DNA of 64,000 bases from Euglena gracilis. Lineage: Eukaryota. The position numbers and the translations under genes are program-made. The stretch is from contig CP154954.1 in assembly GCA_039621445.1 (NCBI GenBank), forward strand, positions 9,488,634-9,552,633. Direction: 5' to 3'. Below the pieces are notes generated by a model, which did not search any database, had not been told where the DNA came from, and saw only the letters and a list, made by a program, of their open reading frames with translations. This document shows positions 62,301 through 64,000 of this stretch, piece after piece; within the stretch, counting starts at the first letter, position 1, and every line of letters begins with the position of its first letter.

Positions 62301-64000
62301 GTGTGAAGGTTGTTGGTGAAAAGCTTGATTTGAATCAATGATCGAAAACATTTGGTTTGCACCATGTTTGACAAAATGTCTTCAATTTTGGGTAAGGGGT
62401 AGTTGCATCGCCTTGTTTGGCTGTTTGGGCCCCTGAGGTCCACCACCCCCCTCCAAGGAGAATCGTTGGATTTTTTTGGAACTGGAAAAGTCTGGGACAG
62501 CCATTCAGAATTTTTGGCTGTGGCTGGCTCAATGTATTTTTTGTCGAGCCAGTCTTGGGTGATTTTTTCAAGTTCCTCTTTCCTCTCAGCATACATGAAA
62601 AAAGGCTTCTGTCTGGTTGGCTTTGCCCCCTCCTTCAAAGGTATGTATGCATAACCATATTGTCCTCTTTCGGGGGGGGTCTGGAAATGGCGATTACCGA
62701 AATACCGTCCCCCGGTAATCTTCCAAAACTTGTTCCCTCAACTTGACTACCCGTTCCTCCTCTTTTTTGTCCTCCCCCTCCCTTGCAATTATCATTCGGT
62801 TGACAACTTGCACTGGGGGGTCACTTCCTTCCAAATTTGTGGCAACCTCCCCCAAGTCCTCGTCACTCAAAAATTGCAAGTCCTGGTCCAACCCTTCCAA
62901 TGGCAAACAAAGACCAAGTTTTTGCAACCCAAACGAAGACCCGTCCGCCACAGTCACATTGTCCACTAAAACATTTGTGTCATCCCTGAATTTTTGCGGA
63001 CCCCTCCGTCCTTCAACACCCCGCAAAAAAATCAGGTCGGGGCTGTCTTTCACCAATGCCTTGTGGTGTGGAAAAATTCCCAGTTTTGCCTCCGCCAACC
63101 ATGGATAAGAAAGAATGGCATCAACTTTGATGTTTGCCTCATAAAATTCAAACTCATATTCCACAAACTCAATTTCCCTTTCCTCATTCGAATTTTGTTG
63201 AAGGATCATTTTCACCTTAGCACATCTGCTCCCCCCCGCCAAAGTTTGCCCATTGGCTGTTTCAAACCTTAACGGGTCCTTAGCAGGATACATTAGGTGG
63301 TCCCCTATCAACCCTTGTCGAATGAGGTTTGCCTCAGCCCCCGTGTCAATTAAAATTCTGGCCGTTTTTTCCTCCCCATTTGCCAACCGTATCTGTGTTT
63401 TTAACAGCAGTTGTCTGTCCTCCCCAAGTTTCTTTGCTCCTCCCCGAGTGTTTGTCCCTCTCAACATTCTTTTTTTCAGCCGCACCAATTTTTTCTTTCC
63501 TGGGGCTGCCCCCCCCTGGGAGGGTTGCCTTCTATCAATCAACAAGGCCCACACCCCCCAACGGGTACCCCTCAAAATCCACCCATCAGCCTCAAACAAC
63601 TTTGTCCCCTTGGGAAAATAAATCTTTTTGACAGCAATAGCCACCAGATTTCTCACCCACCTCCTATTCCAGTCTGGGCAAATACAAATTGCCCGACAAT
63701 TGGAATTTTGCAATTTTTCAGCCACCTCAGGCCACAAAGTCCAGGGGGGGTTCATCCACAACGTTTCCTCCGCCCCCCATTCCTTTTTCGTGGCATCATC
63801 ATCCTCCCCATAAAACTTTTCACACCTGGCATTTTGGCTGGTTGCAAAACAATCCCGTTACGCCTTAACCCGAAATTCATTCTCAATTTCCTCCATACAA
63901 ACTTTCCTAACAGCATAATCCTCCCTACGATATCCGCTTTTTCGTTCCAACACGGTTAACAAATACTCCACCAGTTGTTTGGGCACCCTCCATTTTTTCT
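59385..64000 (-). pseudogene. pol: Element C pol: second Ty3/Gypsy chromovirus family (Dam-like, protease, RT, RNase H, integrase, chromodomain); decayed, runs off the right edge
   Basis: WMNPPW; ILIDTGAE; WRGVVDLR, DIDD; VDASGYAVGG; CFTC, SDQGSRF, NGRIER; WEVEKIL..KWVGYEDGEQTWEP; several frameshifts. Confidence 0.93.
63560..63925 (-). other. Dam-like N6-adenine methyltransferase domain upstream of protease in element C
   Basis: Hand translation EDYAVRKVCMEEIENEFRVKA*RDCFATSQNARCEKFYGEDDDATKKEWGAEETLWMNPPWTLWPEVAEKL..RAICICPDW; one stop at 63858-63860. Confidence 0.88.

Overview
Eukaryotic repeat-rich DNA, probably heterochromatic, with no recognisable host genes. Positions 1-12245 are a 79-bp tandem satellite carrying six copies of one ~160-180 bp poly-C/poly-G insert. 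The rest is a nest of retroelements. Element A is a decayed minus-strand Ty3/Gypsy chromovirus (~12.8-29.7 kb). Element B is a young 16.4-kb relative (31607-48055) with intact gag and pol, inserted into the RT of a CRE-like non-LTR element. Two more CRE-like copies and element C, a second decayed chromovirus family (58.6-64 kb, minus strand), follow. Main discovery candidate: both Gypsy families carry a phage/DIRS-type Dam (N6-adenine methyltransferase)-like domain inside Pol. In A and B it lies between protease and RT (motif WMHPP); in C it lies upstream of the protease (motif WMNPPW). A and B also carry a ~5.5-kb non-env third ORF with a PHD/RING-like Cys8 finger. Element B additionally shows a UAG-readthrough gag-pol junction with a hairpin and a triplicated tRNAiMet-like PBS. 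Two CRE-like elements start with 2A stop-go peptides. All domain calls are by eye from motifs; no searches were run.
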